DNA from: Colwellia hornerae
GTDB lineage: Bacteria; Pseudomonadota; Gammaproteobacteria; Enterobacterales; Alteromonadaceae
Direction: 5' to 3'
NCBI RefSeq assembly: GCF_007954355.1
Contig: NZ_VOLR01000011.1
Span: 32,620-96,619 of the forward strand
Length of the DNA stretch: 64,000 bases
Shown: one piece after another, positions 39,358 through 49,659 of the stretch
Layout of the letters: the number at the start of each line of letters is the position of its first letter
Numbering within the stretch: position 1 is the stretch's first letter
Notes under the pieces: model-generated
What the model was told of the DNA's origin: nothing
Seen by the model: the letters and a program-made list of their open reading frames with translations, nothing else
The model's database searches: none
Translations under genes and position numbers: made by a program

Positions 39358-39993
39358 ATGCTAAATGAAATCAGCGAATTACGCCCACTAACGAACCGAC
39401 AACAACAAGTTTTTGATCTGATCAAAGACAAAATAAGCGATACGGGTATGCCACCAACGCGTGCTGAAATAGCAAAGTTTTTTGGCTTTAAATCAGCAAA
39501 TGCCGCAGAGGAACATTTAAAAGCTTTGGCTAAAAAAGGCTATATAGAAATGTTACCGGGCACTTCTCGTGGCATTCGTTTAACTGAAAAGTTAATGGAA
39601 GAAGCCGGTTTACCTCTAATCGGTAGAGTTGCTGCCGGTGAGCCTATTTTAGCTGCAGAGCATGTTGAAGACCATTATAAAGTTGATGGTAATTTGTTTC
39701 ACCCAGCTGCTGATTACTTACTGAGGGTTAATGGCGAAAGCATGAAAAACATCGGTATACTTGATGGTGACTTGTTAGCCGTTCATCAAACTACAGATGT
39801 ACAAAATGGCCAGGTAATTGTGGCTCGTGTCGAAGAAAATGTTACGGTTAAACGTTATAAACGTGAAGGTAATATCGTTTATTTACATGCTGAAAATGAT
39901 GATTTCTCTCCTATTAAAGTCGATTTATCCGCTCAAGAATTTAATATTGAAGGGCTAGCTGTTGGCGTTATTCGCTCGGCAGACTGGATGTAA
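39358..39993 (+). CDS. lexA: LexA repressor
   Basis: Collinear with E. coli LexA: [21 protein letters not shown]...[14 protein letters not shown], the AG cleavage site in VAAGEP, and the catalytic S/K (GESM...VKRYK). Confidence 0.95.
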   Translation: MLNEISELRPLTNRQQQVFDLIKDKISDTGMPPTRAEIAKFFGFKSANAAEEHLKALAKKGYIEMLPGTSRGIRLTEKLMEEAGLPLIGRVAAGEPILAAEHVEDHYKVDGNLFHPAADYLLRVNGESMKNIGILDGDLLAVHQTTDVQNGQVIVARVEENVTVKRYKREGNIVYLHAENDDFSPIKVDLSAQEFNIEGLAVGVIRSADWM

Positions 39994-40076
39994 TTAAGTG
40001 AATCTTCTCGACAAAATTACTGTGAACTAAGCTCTCCTACCCCGAAAACTTGTTAATAATTAAGTTGACCTACTCC

Positions 40077-40120
40077 GCAAACTTTAGTGCACAAAGCTGA
40101 CTAAAGTTTGCTTTTCTCTG
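40077..40120 (+). terminator. Rho-independent terminator downstream of lexA
   Basis: 11-bp perfect stem gcaaactttag...ctaaagtttgc followed by ttttctctgcttt. Confidence 0.7.
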
Positions 40121-40558
40121 CTTTCGTATACTTTTCGTGCAAACCTTTCTCTTTACTAAGAATAATTCTCATTCTAAACCCCATTAAGACGACTTTATCT
40201 TTTTTTGTTTAAAAAACAACCAGTGCCTTTTGTTGTTATCGTCGCATTTATACACAGTTGTTTATTTTTAACACTAGGGCTACAGCCCTTTGTTATTAGA
40301 CCTTTGTCTGTATTAGAGTTGATACTCTATTGTTTTTGTTGGTTTTTATTTTGAAATAGCTCTATTTTTAAATTGACCCAGATCAACTTTTAAGTAATTC
40401 TAGTTTGGAAAATGTACAAATATAAATATAAGGCGATGTTGTCGATGCTTACTGGTCGATAACCAAATTGCTAAGAAAATAATAAAAATCCGTACTAAAG
40501 GATGCATTTTGTCCTTGGTATCAAGTTTTAAACTTTTATAGGGTGAAGGAGATGTCGT

Positions 40559-42103
40559 GTGAAAAGACGTAACCTAGGTTGGCTGTCGTTGGGGAGTGTT
40601 CTTTCCAGTTCAGCTTGGGCAGATATGCAATTAAATCTGACCAAGGGTGTAACAGAAGTAAGTAGAGATGTTTACGATTTACATATGCTCGCAATGTATA
40701 TATGTGTAGCAATAGGTGTGGTCGTATTTGGCGCTATGTTTTGGTCAATGGTTTTCCATCGAAAATCCAAAGGGGCTAAATCAGCAGATTTTCATGAAAG
40801 TACAAAAGTAGAAATTCTCTGGACAGCAATTCCTATTGTCATTCTTATCGCTATGGCTGTACCAGCAACAAAAACACTGATCGAAATGGAAAATAACGAC
40901 GACTCTGACGTTACCATTCAAGTTACTGGCTCTCAGTGGAAATGGCATTATAAATATTTTGATCAAGATATTGAGTTTTATTCAGTACTGTCAACGCCTC
41001 GTGAACAATATGAAAATCAAGATGGTACGACCGCGACTAAAGGTGAGAATTATTTACTTGAAGTTGATAAACATCTTGTCATTCCAACTAATAAAAAAGT
41101 GCGTTTTTTAATCACCTCGGATGATGTTATTCATGCTTGGTGGGTACCTGCTTTTGCTGTTAAGCAAGATGCTAATCCAGGGTTCATTAATGAAGCTTGG
41201 ACTAAGGTCGATAAACCGGGTATTTACCGAGGCCAGTGTGCTGAACTTTGTGGTAAAGATCATGGTTTTATGCCGATTGTTGTCGAAGTAAAATCTGAAG
41301 CTGACTATGCAATATGGCTAGAAGAGCAACATCAAATTAATGCGCAAGCCGCTGCCGCTGAAAAAGCATCTCTTAACGCTTCAGTGTCGATGGAAGAATT
41401 AATGACCTTGGGTGAAACCACCTATGTTGCCTATTGTGCTGCATGTCATCAAGTTTCTGGTGCTGGCTTACCTCCTGCATTTCCTGCACTCAAAGGTAGT
41501 ACAGTCGCAACGGGCGACATCGCCGCGCATATTGATATTGTACTCAATGGTAAAGCAGGCACAGGTATGCAAGCTTATGGCAAGCAGTTAAGTATGAAAC
41601 AAATTGCTGCTGTTGTGACATACGAGCGTAATGCTTGGGGTAACAATACCGGCGATGCAGTACAAGCTGCCGATGTTAAAGATGTTGCTAAGGGTTCAGA
41701 AAGTGATACGGCGGCACCTGCAAAAGTGGCAGAAGTCGTCGCCATAGTTGCCGAAGAAGCTCCAGTAGAAGATTTAACTAAAGTGTATAGCGAAGATGAG
41801 TTGATGGTAATGGGTGAGCAAGTTTATATGAAAGCTTGTGCTGCATGTCATCAAGTTTCTGGTGCTGGTTTACCTCCGGCATTTCCTGCACTGAAAGGTA
41901 GTGCAATTGCACTGGGTGACATTGCTGTGCATATAGATATGGTTGTTAATGGCAGCAAGAAAAATCCTGCCATGGCTGCTTTTGGTAGCCAGTTAACTAA
42001 AACCGAAATAGCGGCTGTTGTTACTTATGAGCGTAATGCTTGGGGTAATAACACCGGTGATTTAGTACAACCTGCAGCTGTTGATGCTGCTAGTGCGAAG
42101 TAG
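40559..42103 (+). CDS. coxB: Cytochrome c oxidase subunit II fused to two c-type cytochrome domains
   Basis: GTG start after a GAAGGAG RBS. Signal peptide plus two TM helices. CuA motif HAWWVPAF...CAELCG. Two CAACHQVSG heme-c sites. Confidence 0.9.
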   Translation: MKRRNLGWLSLGSVLSSSAWADMQLNLTKGVTEVSRDVYDLHMLAMYICVAIGVVVFGAMFWSMVFHRKSKGAKSADFHESTKVEILWTAIPIVILIAMAVPATKTLIEMENNDDSDVTIQVTGSQWKWHYKYFDQDIEFYSVLSTPREQYENQDGTTATKGENYLLEVDKHLVIPTNKKVRFLITSDDVIHAWWVPAFAVKQDANPGFINEAWTKVDKPGIYRGQCAELCGKDHGFMPIVVEVKSEADYAIWLEEQHQINAQAAAAEKASLNASVSMEELMTLGETTYVAYCAACHQVSGAGLPPAFPALKGSTVATGDIAAHIDIVLNGKAGTGMQAYGKQLSMKQIAAVVTYERNAWGNNTGDAVQAADVKDVAKGSESDTAAPAKVAEVVAIVAEEAPVEDLTKVYSEDELMVMGEQVYMKACAACHQVSGAGLPPAFPALKGSAIALGDIAVHIDMVVNGSKKNPAMAAFGSQLTKTEIAAVVTYERNAWGNNTGDLVQPAAVDAASAK

Positions 42104-42114
42104 GGGGATATAAA

Positions 42115-43707
42115 ATGACTACAGACGTTATAGAACAAGAATCGCACGACGATCATCATGATGACCATAAAATGAAAGGCATCAAACGTTGGTTGTACAC
42201 AACAAACCATAAAGATATAGGTACGTTATATTTATGGTTTGCTTTTATTATGCTGTTAACTGGTGGCGCTTTAGCCATGGTTATTCGAGCCGAGTTATTT
42301 CAACCCGGTTTGCAAATAGTAGAACCTGACTTTTTTAACCAATTAACTACCGTACATGGTTTGATCATGGTGTTTGGTGCCATAATGCCGGCCTTTACTG
42401 GCTTTGCAAACTGGATGATACCTATGATGGTTGGTGCTCCAGATATGGCCCTACCACGCATGAATAACTGGAGCTTTTGGATTCTACCTTTTGCTTTTGC
42501 GATTCTTTTGTCTACATTCTTTATGGAGTCAGGTGCGCCTAACTTTGGTTGGACATTCTACGCACCACTTTCTACAACCTATTCAAATGGTAGTACGGCA
42601 TTTTTTGTTTTTGCGGTTCATATTATGGGTATCTCATCAATAATGGGCGCAATTAATATTGTTGTTACTATTATGAATATGCGTGCGCCGGGTATGACTT
42701 ACATGAAAATGCCATTATTTGTTTGGACATTTTTTATTACCGCCTATTTATTGATTGCGGTGATGCCCGTGCTCGCAGGTGTGGTGACTATGTTGTTAAC
42801 CGACACTTATTTTGGCACGAGTTTCTTTGATGCCGCTGGCGGCGGTGACCCGGTATTGTTCCAGCATCTTTTCTGGTTCTTTGGGCATCCTGAAGTTTAC
42901 ATCATGATCTTACCTGCTTTTGGTATTGTATCGACGATTATCCCAGCGTTTGCTCGTAAAAAATTATTTGGCTACAGCTCAATGGTTTATGCAACGGCAT
43001 CTATTGCTTTGTTGTCATTTATTGTTTGGGCGCATCACATGTTCACAACAGGTATGCCGTTATTTGGTGAATTGTTTTTCATGTATTGTACGATGTTAAT
43101 TGCTGTGCCTACCGGTGTTAAAGTATTCAACTGGGTCGCAACTATGTGGCGTGGTTCAATGAGTTTTGAAACGCCGATGCTTTTTTCTATCGCGTTTGTC
43201 ATCTTATTTACTATAGGTGGATTCTCTGGCTTGATGTTGGCATTAACGCCTGTTGATTTCCAATACCATGATACCTACTTTGTTGTTGCTCACTTTCATT
43301 ATGTGTTAGTCACCGGTTCATTATTCTCGATTTATGCTGGCGCATACTTTTGGTTACCAAAATGGACAGGCCATATGTATAACGAGTCGTTAGCTAAATG
43401 GCATTTTTGGTGTTCACTGGTTTCGGTTAATTTACTTTTCTTCCCGATGCACTTTTTAGGATTAGCGGGCATGCCTCGTCGTATCCCGGATTATGCGTTG
43501 CAGTTTGCTGACTTCAACAAATGGGTGAGTATTGGTGGTTTTGCCTTTGGTCTTTCGCAATTAATATTCTTAGCAGTAGTTATTAAGTGTATTAGAGGCG
43601 GAGAAAAAGCACCGGCTAAACCTTGGGATGGTGCTGAAGGTTTAGAGTGGACTGTTGCAAGTCCTGCTCCGTACCATACATTTTCAACACCACCAAAAAT
43701 TGATTAA
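42115..43707 (+). CDS. coxA: Cytochrome c oxidase subunit I
   Basis: 12-TM protein with canonical GHPEVYI and WAHHMF motifs. Confidence 0.95.
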   Translation: MTTDVIEQESHDDHHDDHKMKGIKRWLYTTNHKDIGTLYLWFAFIMLLTGGALAMVIRAELFQPGLQIVEPDFFNQLTTVHGLIMVFGAIMPAFTGFANWMIPMMVGAPDMALPRMNNWSFWILPFAFAILLSTFFMESGAPNFGWTFYAPLSTTYSNGSTAFFVFAVHIMGISSIMGAINIVVTIMNMRAPGMTYMKMPLFVWTFFITAYLLIAVMPVLAGVVTMLLTDTYFGTSFFDAAGGGDPVLFQHLFWFFGHPEVYIMILPAFGIVSTIIPAFARKKLFGYSSMVYATASIALLSFIVWAHHMFTTGMPLFGELFFMYCTMLIAVPTGVKVFNWVATMWRGSMSFETPMLFSIAFVILFTIGGFSGLMLALTPVDFQYHDTYFVVAHFHYVLVTGSLFSIYAGAYFWLPKWTGHMYNESLAKWHFWCSLVSVNLLFFPMHFLGLAGMPRRIPDYALQFADFNKWVSIGGFAFGLSQLIFLAVVIKCIRGGEKAPAKPWDGAEGLEWTVASPAPYHTFSTPPKID

Positions 43708-43718
43708 GTTAATAAAAT

Positions 43719-44300
43719 ATGAATAAAGGTGACGAAGTGCAAAATTTAAATAACAAAGATAGCGCTGCTATAACGAAAAACAATCAAGTTATAAAAAAGC
43801 TGGTGTTGATTGTTTTTGGTATGTTTGGTTTTGGTTTTGCACTTGTCCCTTTATATGATGTGTTTTGTGATATTACTGGTTTGAATGGAAAAACGTCAAC
43901 CACTGCCGCCGCTGTCTATAATGTTGAGCAGATTGACACAAAAAGAATTGTTACGGTGCAGTTTATTAGTCGAACCGCCCAAGGTATACCTTGGCAGTTT
44001 GAACCTATGGTCCGTGAAATAAAAGTTCACCCCGGTGAAATGAAACTTGTTAAATTTTATGCAAAAAATGAATCGACCCGCGATATTATTGGCCAAGCAG
44101 TTCCGTCAGTATCGCCCGGTTTAGCGGCCGCGTATTTTCAAAAAATTGAATGTTTTTGTTTTACGCAGCAACCGTTAAAAGCGAATGAAGAGGTAGAAAT
44201 GGCGTTACAGTTTTATGTTGACCCAGAATTACCTGAAGATATTTCAACGCTAACTTTGTCATACACTTTGTATGACGTGACCGGAAAAGTGGAATCGTAA
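43719..44300 (+). CDS. ctaG: Cytochrome c oxidase assembly protein CtaG/Cox11
   Basis: Single TM helix and the CFCF copper-binding motif (IECFCFTQQ). Confidence 0.85.
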   Translation: MNKGDEVQNLNNKDSAAITKNNQVIKKLVLIVFGMFGFGFALVPLYDVFCDITGLNGKTSTTAAAVYNVEQIDTKRIVTVQFISRTAQGIPWQFEPMVREIKVHPGEMKLVKFYAKNESTRDIIGQAVPSVSPGLAAAYFQKIECFCFTQQPLKANEEVEMALQFYVDPELPEDISTLTLSYTLYDVTGKVES

Positions 44301-44352
44301 CAATTTATACCGAGCACTTAATGTGTAACGGTATTTGTTTAGGGGAATAATA

Positions 44353-45237
44353 ATGACAACAAAAGAATATGAAAGTTATTACGTACCATCGCAAAGTCAT
44401 TGGCCGATTGTCGGTGCAGTGGCGCTATTTTTAATTGCTGTTGGCGCAGGGAACTATGTTTCTACGCTAAATAGTGGTGAAGGTGGCATTGGCGGTTATA
44501 TATTGCTTGCTGGGGTATGTTTAGTTATCTACATGCTTTACGGTTGGTTTAGTAATGTGATTAATGAGTCGATGGCGGGTAAGTATAGCCATCAAATGGA
44601 TAACTCATTTCGTCAAGGTATGAGTTGGTTTATCTTTTCTGAAGTGATGTTCTTTGCGGCATTCTTTGGTGCATTATTTTATGCCCGCACTTTATCTGTA
44701 CCTTGGTTAGGTGGTGCAGATAATAATGCTATGACCGGCGCTGTTTTATGGCCTGAGTTTGTGGCAAGTTGGCCGTTATTAGTAACACCAGATGGGACAG
44801 AAACGACTCAAATGGGCTGGTATGGCTTACCGTTAATTAATACTATTTTGTTATTAACGTCTTCGATCACTGCACATTTAGCGCATTCAGCTTTAGAAAA
44901 AGATAATCGTAAAATGCTGAAAATATGGTTAGGTTTTACCATATTACTCGGTGTAGTCTTTTTGTTCTTGCAAGTGGTCGAGTATATGCACGGCTATTCT
45001 GAAGAAATGAAATTGTACTTAACCAGCGGTATCTATGGTTCAACTTTTTACTTACTCACTGGCTTTCATGGTATGCACGTTACCTTAGGTACCATCATGC
45101 TTATTGTGGTGTTTTTAAGAGTGTTAAAAGGCCACTTTACTCCAACAAATGCTTTTGCTTTTGAAGCTGCAAGTTGGTATTGGCATTTTGTCGATGTGGT
45201 TTGGGTAATACTGTTTGTTTTTGTTTATATTGTATAA
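44353..45237 (+). CDS. coxC: Cytochrome c oxidase subunit III
   Basis: 7-TM CoxC-like. Preferred start is MTTKEY (ATG at 44353 after GGGGAATAATA). The ORF track begins at 44335. Confidence 0.85.
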   Translation: MTTKEYESYYVPSQSHWPIVGAVALFLIAVGAGNYVSTLNSGEGGIGGYILLAGVCLVIYMLYGWFSNVINESMAGKYSHQMDNSFRQGMSWFIFSEVMFFAAFFGALFYARTLSVPWLGGADNNAMTGAVLWPEFVASWPLLVTPDGTETTQMGWYGLPLINTILLLTSSITAHLAHSALEKDNRKMLKIWLGFTILLGVVFLFLQVVEYMHGYSEEMKLYLTSGIYGSTFYLLTGFHGMHVTLGTIMLIVVFLRVLKGHFTPTNAFAFEAASWYWHFVDVVWVILFVFVYIV

Positions 45238-45261
45238 ATAAAAATTTATTTAAAAAATTAA

Positions 45262-45308
45262 AAATAATTGTAGGTGAGGCTTGCTTCACCTACAATTTTT
45301 ATTTTTAA
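45262..45308. terminator. Bidirectional rho-independent terminator between coxC and the convergent DUF2909 gene
   Basis: 10-bp stem ttgtaggtga-ggcttgc-tcacctacaa, flanked by A-runs on the left and ttttatttttaag on the right. Confidence 0.8.
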
Positions 45309-45317
45309 GTGAGTAGA

Positions 45318-45533
45318 TTAGAACGGTCGTGGGTGTGGAGTAATAATGCCAGTTAAAATGGCGACTAACATAAGTATAATAATGAAAGCCGAAATCATCA
45401 CGCGTCGGCCAATAAATTTTGACATTGACGGTTTACTTGGGTCGTTTCTGTTTAAAATAAATAGCGCTTGAAACAGACTGAATACCATAAAGAGTAAGCA
45501 GCCAATAATAATTATTTTTATCGCAAATGCCAC
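45318..45533 (-). CDS. DUF2909-like twin-TM small protein (common in cox clusters)
   Basis: 71 aa, two TM helices, basic loop. Its position between coxC and surf1 is typical. Confidence 0.55.
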   Translation of the reverse strand: MAFAIKIIIIGCLLFMVFSLFQALFILNRNDPSKPSMSKFIGRRVMISAFIIILMLVAILTGIITPHPRPF

Positions 45534-45589
45534 TTAAAAATTTCCTATGTTGTAATATTCATGATGAATGTATTTAAGGAATTAATTGT

Positions 45590-46324
45590 TTGAAAAATTT
45601 TATATCAAACATTCGCCTACCTTGGTTGATATTTACCCTACTCGTTTTTTGCGGATTAGTAAAACTCGGATTATGGCAAAATGATCGCGCCTTACAAAAA
45701 GAGCAACGCATTGCAACCATAGCCCAACTAAGTCAAACGCAAGCCTTGTCACTTTCACAAGTACTCTTAGAAAAAAATGAAATTAATGATTTACCGATCA
45801 CTATGTTGGGTGAGTTTGATAATGACATCATTTTTTTATTAGATAACCAAACCAATAAAGGCCAATTAGGTTATCGTGTCTATCAAGTGTTTAATAGCGG
45901 CGAGCACGCGGTTTTAGTAAATTTAGGCTGGGTGTTAGGCTCAATTAACCGCCAAGAAATCCCCGATGTGCAAGCGATCACTGGCCAGTATCAACTTTCG
46001 GGTCACGTACGTAAAATTGAGCAAGGCATAATGTTAATGGAACAAGTCTTAGTCAAAGGTGAGTGGCCATTACGTGTGCAGCAAATAGAATTAGATAAAT
46101 TTTCTACATTAATTTCACGTCAACTCTTGCCCTTTGTCGTTTACTTAGATAAAACAGAGAGTGTCGGTTATGAAAAAAATTGGCAGCCAATTGTTATGCC
46201 ACCCGAGAAACATCGTGCTTACGCCTTTCAGTGGTTTAGTTTAGCGATTGCATGGTTGATGTTAATGATATGGGCGTCGATCAAGTTGGGTAAAAATAGT
46301 GAACAAGCGTTAAACCACAAATAA
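45590..46324 (+). CDS. surf1: SURF1-family cytochrome oxidase assembly protein
   Basis: N- and C-terminal TM helices. The LWQNDRALQKEQRI / GYRVYQVF blocks are typical of SURF1. Confidence 0.8.
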   Translation: MKNFISNIRLPWLIFTLLVFCGLVKLGLWQNDRALQKEQRIATIAQLSQTQALSLSQVLLEKNEINDLPITMLGEFDNDIIFLLDNQTNKGQLGYRVYQVFNSGEHAVLVNLGWVLGSINRQEIPDVQAITGQYQLSGHVRKIEQGIMLMEQVLVKGEWPLRVQQIELDKFSTLISRQLLPFVVYLDKTESVGYEKNWQPIVMPPEKHRAYAFQWFSLAIAWLMLMIWASIKLGKNSEQALNHK

Positions 46325-46347
46325 AAAAAATAATAAGGTGTAAGTGT

Positions 46348-46908
46348 ATGAGTGATGTATCACAGAAGAAATCTCGTCGTAGTATGATCATGGTCTTGGG
46401 CGCTTTTATCCTCCCTATCGTGTTAGCAAAACTAGCATTAACTCAAAATTGGCTTGATTATGGTGTCACCAATAAAGGCACGTTAATTGAAAATGAGCTG
46501 ACCTTAGAAAAGTTAGGCCTTAGTCAACCCGCGTTACAAAAAACCTGGTCAATTATTTATAGTCTGCCACAGCATTGTGACGCTCACTGTGAACAAACCT
46601 TACTCAGTGTTAATAACTCTTACATAGCCTTGGGCAGAGAAATGCCGAGAGTAAAGCGTGTCGCACTTTCTCCTAATCCGCTTTCACCACAACAAACTGA
46701 AAAATTATCAGAAAATAGCTGGGTGATTATTTCTACTCCAAGCCTAGTTAACGACTTTTTATCGCAGCCACAAGTCTTTGTTGTCGACCCTTTAGGTAAT
46801 GTCGTCTTATCACACAAACCACCATCTAATGATGATGCTCAAGCGATGTTTGGGAAAGAGATTTTGGCAGACATGAAGAAATTACTTAAGTATTCAAGGG
46901 TTGGTTAA
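46348..46908 (+). CDS. Hypothetical membrane-anchored protein of the cox cluster (contains CDAHCE motif)
   Basis: One N-terminal TM helix. The CDAHC motif suggests a metal or redox role. Conserved position between surf1 and ctaA. Confidence 0.45.
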   Translation: MSDVSQKKSRRSMIMVLGAFILPIVLAKLALTQNWLDYGVTNKGTLIENELTLEKLGLSQPALQKTWSIIYSLPQHCDAHCEQTLLSVNNSYIALGREMPRVKRVALSPNPLSPQQTEKLSENSWVIISTPSLVNDFLSQPQVFVVDPLGNVVLSHKPPSNDDAQAMFGKEILADMKKLLKYSRVG

Positions 46909-47917
46909 TATGAAAAGTCGTGTCAATCATCGCGTTCGTACCTTAGTTTTAATTAGTATTTTATTAGCGTTAATCGTGGTCAGCTTAGGTGCCTACACAC
47001 GCTTAACGCATGCGGGTTTAGGTTGTCCTGATTGGCCCGGCTGTTACGGCTTAATTGATGTGCCTGCAACCGCAGAACAAATTGTTAAAGCAGAGCAAGC
47101 ATTTCCAGAAAGAAAAGTTGAAACGCATAAAGCATGGAATGAAATGATCCATCGCTACTTTGCTGGTGCGTTAGGTTTATTAATTCTAGCCATCGCTGTC
47201 ATGTCTTACCGGCGTCGCGATCAAGGTACTCCTTTAAGGCTGCCGATGTTAATACTCGCGGTGGTTATTTTCCAAGCGGCATTAGGTATGTGGACCGTGA
47301 CCATGAAATTGATGCCGATCGTTGTGATGGGGCATTTACTCGGTGGCTTCACTACCTTGAGTTTATTGTTTTTACTATACCTACGCTTGGCTGATTTTAG
47401 GGTGCCAGGTGGTGATTTTGCCATTAAAAAATATGGCAGATATGGCTTGATTGGCATTGTACTGTTAACCGCGCAAATAGGTTTAGGTGGCTGGACGTCA
47501 TCAAACTATGCCGCCTTGGTTTGTACTGAATTACCGATTTGTCAATCAGGCTGGCAAGAACAACTGACTTTTGAAGATTCATTTGATTTGATCCCACCAG
47601 AAAAAGACAGTTACGAATTTGGCCACTTATCTCATGCTTCGCGTGTAACGATTCATGTTGTTCACCGATTAGGAGCTATTGTAACTGGGCTTTACCTTTT
47701 TTGGTTAGCGCTAATGGTATTTCGAAAATCTCAATCTGCATTTTTTAAGAATGCAGCTATTAGCTTAGCGTTTATTCTTAGTTGCCAAATATTATTGGGC
47801 ATTAGCAATATTTGGTTCTCATTACCGTTAGCAGTTGCGGTGAGTCATAACGTGGTAGCAGCATGTCTCATGTTGTCTTTGATCACCTTAACCTACAGTT
47901 TACGACGGAAATTATAA
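46901..47917 (+). CDS. ctaA: Heme A synthase (COX15/CtaA)
   Basis: 8-TM protein with conserved His residues. CPDWPGCYG near the N-terminus is typical of CtaA type 2. Confidence 0.8.
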   Translation: MVNMKSRVNHRVRTLVLISILLALIVVSLGAYTRLTHAGLGCPDWPGCYGLIDVPATAEQIVKAEQAFPERKVETHKAWNEMIHRYFAGALGLLILAIAVMSYRRRDQGTPLRLPMLILAVVIFQAALGMWTVTMKLMPIVVMGHLLGGFTTLSLLFLLYLRLADFRVPGGDFAIKKYGRYGLIGIVLLTAQIGLGGWTSSNYAALVCTELPICQSGWQEQLTFEDSFDLIPPEKDSYEFGHLSHASRVTIHVVHRLGAIVTGLYLFWLALMVFRKSQSAFFKNAAISLAFILSCQILLGISNIWFSLPLAVAVSHNVVAACLMLSLITLTYSLRRKL

Positions 47918-47926
47918 GGAATACTT

Positions 47927-48871
47927 ATGAGTGAAACAGTATCAACACAAAGCCCTGACGGGCTAGGAACTACACCTGAAGTGATAGAGGCTAAAACCGC
48001 TATTTGGCGAGATTATTATGAAATCACTAAGCCTCGTGTAGTGGCACTATTAGTGTTAACCGCTTTGGTGGGGATGTGTCTTTCTGTGCCGGGTACCATT
48101 CCATGGCAAGTGCTTATTCCTTCAATGGTGGGTATTGGATTTTTATCATCAGCCGCCGCCGCGATTAATCACATTGTTGATGAACGAATTGACAGTATTA
48201 TGGGGCGCACTTATAACCGTCCGGTTGCTACCGGACGGTTAACGCCAAGAAATGCGACCTTGTTTGCTATGTTCCTAGCAGTCAGTGGTTTTGCCATTTT
48301 ATATAGCTTAGTTAATCCCTTAACAGCATGGCTTACTTTTGCCGGTTTGGTGGGTTACAGCTTCGTTTATACTATGTATTTAAAACGTGCTACGCCTCAA
48401 AATATCACGATAGGCGGCCTAGCTGGAGCAATTCCTCCACTTTTAGGTTGGACAGCAATGACCAATGAAATACATCCTAATGCTCTGTTATTAGTGTTAT
48501 TGATTTTTACTTGGACACCTCCTCATTTTTGGGCATTAGCAATACACCGCAAAGATGAATATGCAAAAGTAAATATTCCCATGTTACCCGTTACCCATGG
48601 GGTAAATTTTACAAAAACGCAAATTTTACTTTATACCGTGTTACTTTTTGTTGTTGGCTTGTTACCTTATTTAGTGGGTATGAGTAACTGGTTATATTTA
48701 ATTGGCGCGGTAACATTGAATCTGATGTTTTTTGCTTACGCATGGAAACTTAAGTTTAATGCCAATGAGAATACGGCAATGGATACCTTTAAATTTTCAA
48801 TCGTACATTTAATGGGCTTGTTTATTATCCTATTGCTTGACCATTATTTATTACCTATGGTGCCAGGTTGA
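47927..48871 (+). CDS. cyoE: Protoheme IX farnesyltransferase (heme O synthase)
   Basis: UbiA-family motifs [18 protein letters not shown] and the [18 protein letters not shown] blocks. Confidence 0.9.
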   Translation: MSETVSTQSPDGLGTTPEVIEAKTAIWRDYYEITKPRVVALLVLTALVGMCLSVPGTIPWQVLIPSMVGIGFLSSAAAAINHIVDERIDSIMGRTYNRPVATGRLTPRNATLFAMFLAVSGFAILYSLVNPLTAWLTFAGLVGYSFVYTMYLKRATPQNITIGGLAGAIPPLLGWTAMTNEIHPNALLLVLLIFTWTPPHFWALAIHRKDEYAKVNIPMLPVTHGVNFTKTQILLYTVLLFVVGLLPYLVGMSNWLYLIGAVTLNLMFFAYAWKLKFNANENTAMDTFKFSIVHLMGLFIILLLDHYLLPMVPG

Positions 48872-48959
48872 TCAATGACCGGCACATTTTTACGATGAAA
48901 AAGTAGCTCACTACATGAGTCGAATTGGTCTTGCATAAGAGAAACGGAAATAATTAAAT

Positions 48960-49601
48960 ATGAACAAGTTGTTGTATGTCATTGTCGCCCTCGTTGCCGG
49001 TGCAATAGGTTTTTTTGTTTTTCAAAAATCGACAGTATTACCACAGCCCGAACATGCTTTATATTATCAGCAGGTTCGGGAAGTTAAACCGTTTCAATTA
49101 ACTGATCATCATAACCAGGTGTTTACCAAAGAACAGTTAGCCAATAAATGGTCGTGGGTATTTCTGGGGTATACTTCTTGCCCTGATGTTTGCCCGACGA
49201 CATTACAAGAACTAAACTTTGTTTATGACGACTTAAAAGCGATCAGTAAAGATACGCAAATTTTACTGGTCTCTGTTGATCCTAGTCGAGATACGCCAGA
49301 AAAATTAGCTCAGTATATAGCTTACTTTAATGAAGAGTTTATTGCGCTTACGGCTGACCATGGTGTGTTATTTCCGTTTGCTCGTAACCTTGGCATGATG
49401 TACGCGATTAACGAGCCTGAAGGTGATGAAGCCGACAATAATGGTTACTTGGTCGATCACAGTGCTTCTTTAGTGTTAATTAATCCACAGGGAGATATCG
49501 CGGCTATTTTTAAGCCGAGACAAGCCTTGGGTGTATTACCTACCATTGATGGCGAGAAGCTGGTCAGTGATTTTGCAAAAATTGTAAAATTAGCTGAATA
49601 A
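48960..49601 (+). CDS. SCO1/SenC-family copper chaperone
   Basis: Single TM helix. Thioredoxin fold with the CPDVCPTT copper-binding motif and a conserved His (LVDHSASL). Confidence 0.85.
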   Translation: MNKLLYVIVALVAGAIGFFVFQKSTVLPQPEHALYYQQVREVKPFQLTDHHNQVFTKEQLANKWSWVFLGYTSCPDVCPTTLQELNFVYDDLKAISKDTQILLVSVDPSRDTPEKLAQYIAYFNEEFIALTADHGVLFPFARNLGMMYAINEPEGDEADNNGYLVDHSASLVLINPQGDIAAIFKPRQALGVLPTIDGEKLVSDFAKIVKLAE

Positions 49602-49610
49602 AGGAAACTT

Positions 49611-49649
49611 GTCATCCTTAACTTTACTGGCTGACAAGTTTATCAAATC
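49611..49649. terminator. Convergent/bidirectional terminator hairpin between sco1 and the deacetylase gene
   Basis: aaacttgtca...tgacaagttt 10-bp inverted repeat. A T-rich tail on the minus-strand side (cctttattc). Confidence 0.5.
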
Positions 49650-49659
49650 GCTATATTTG

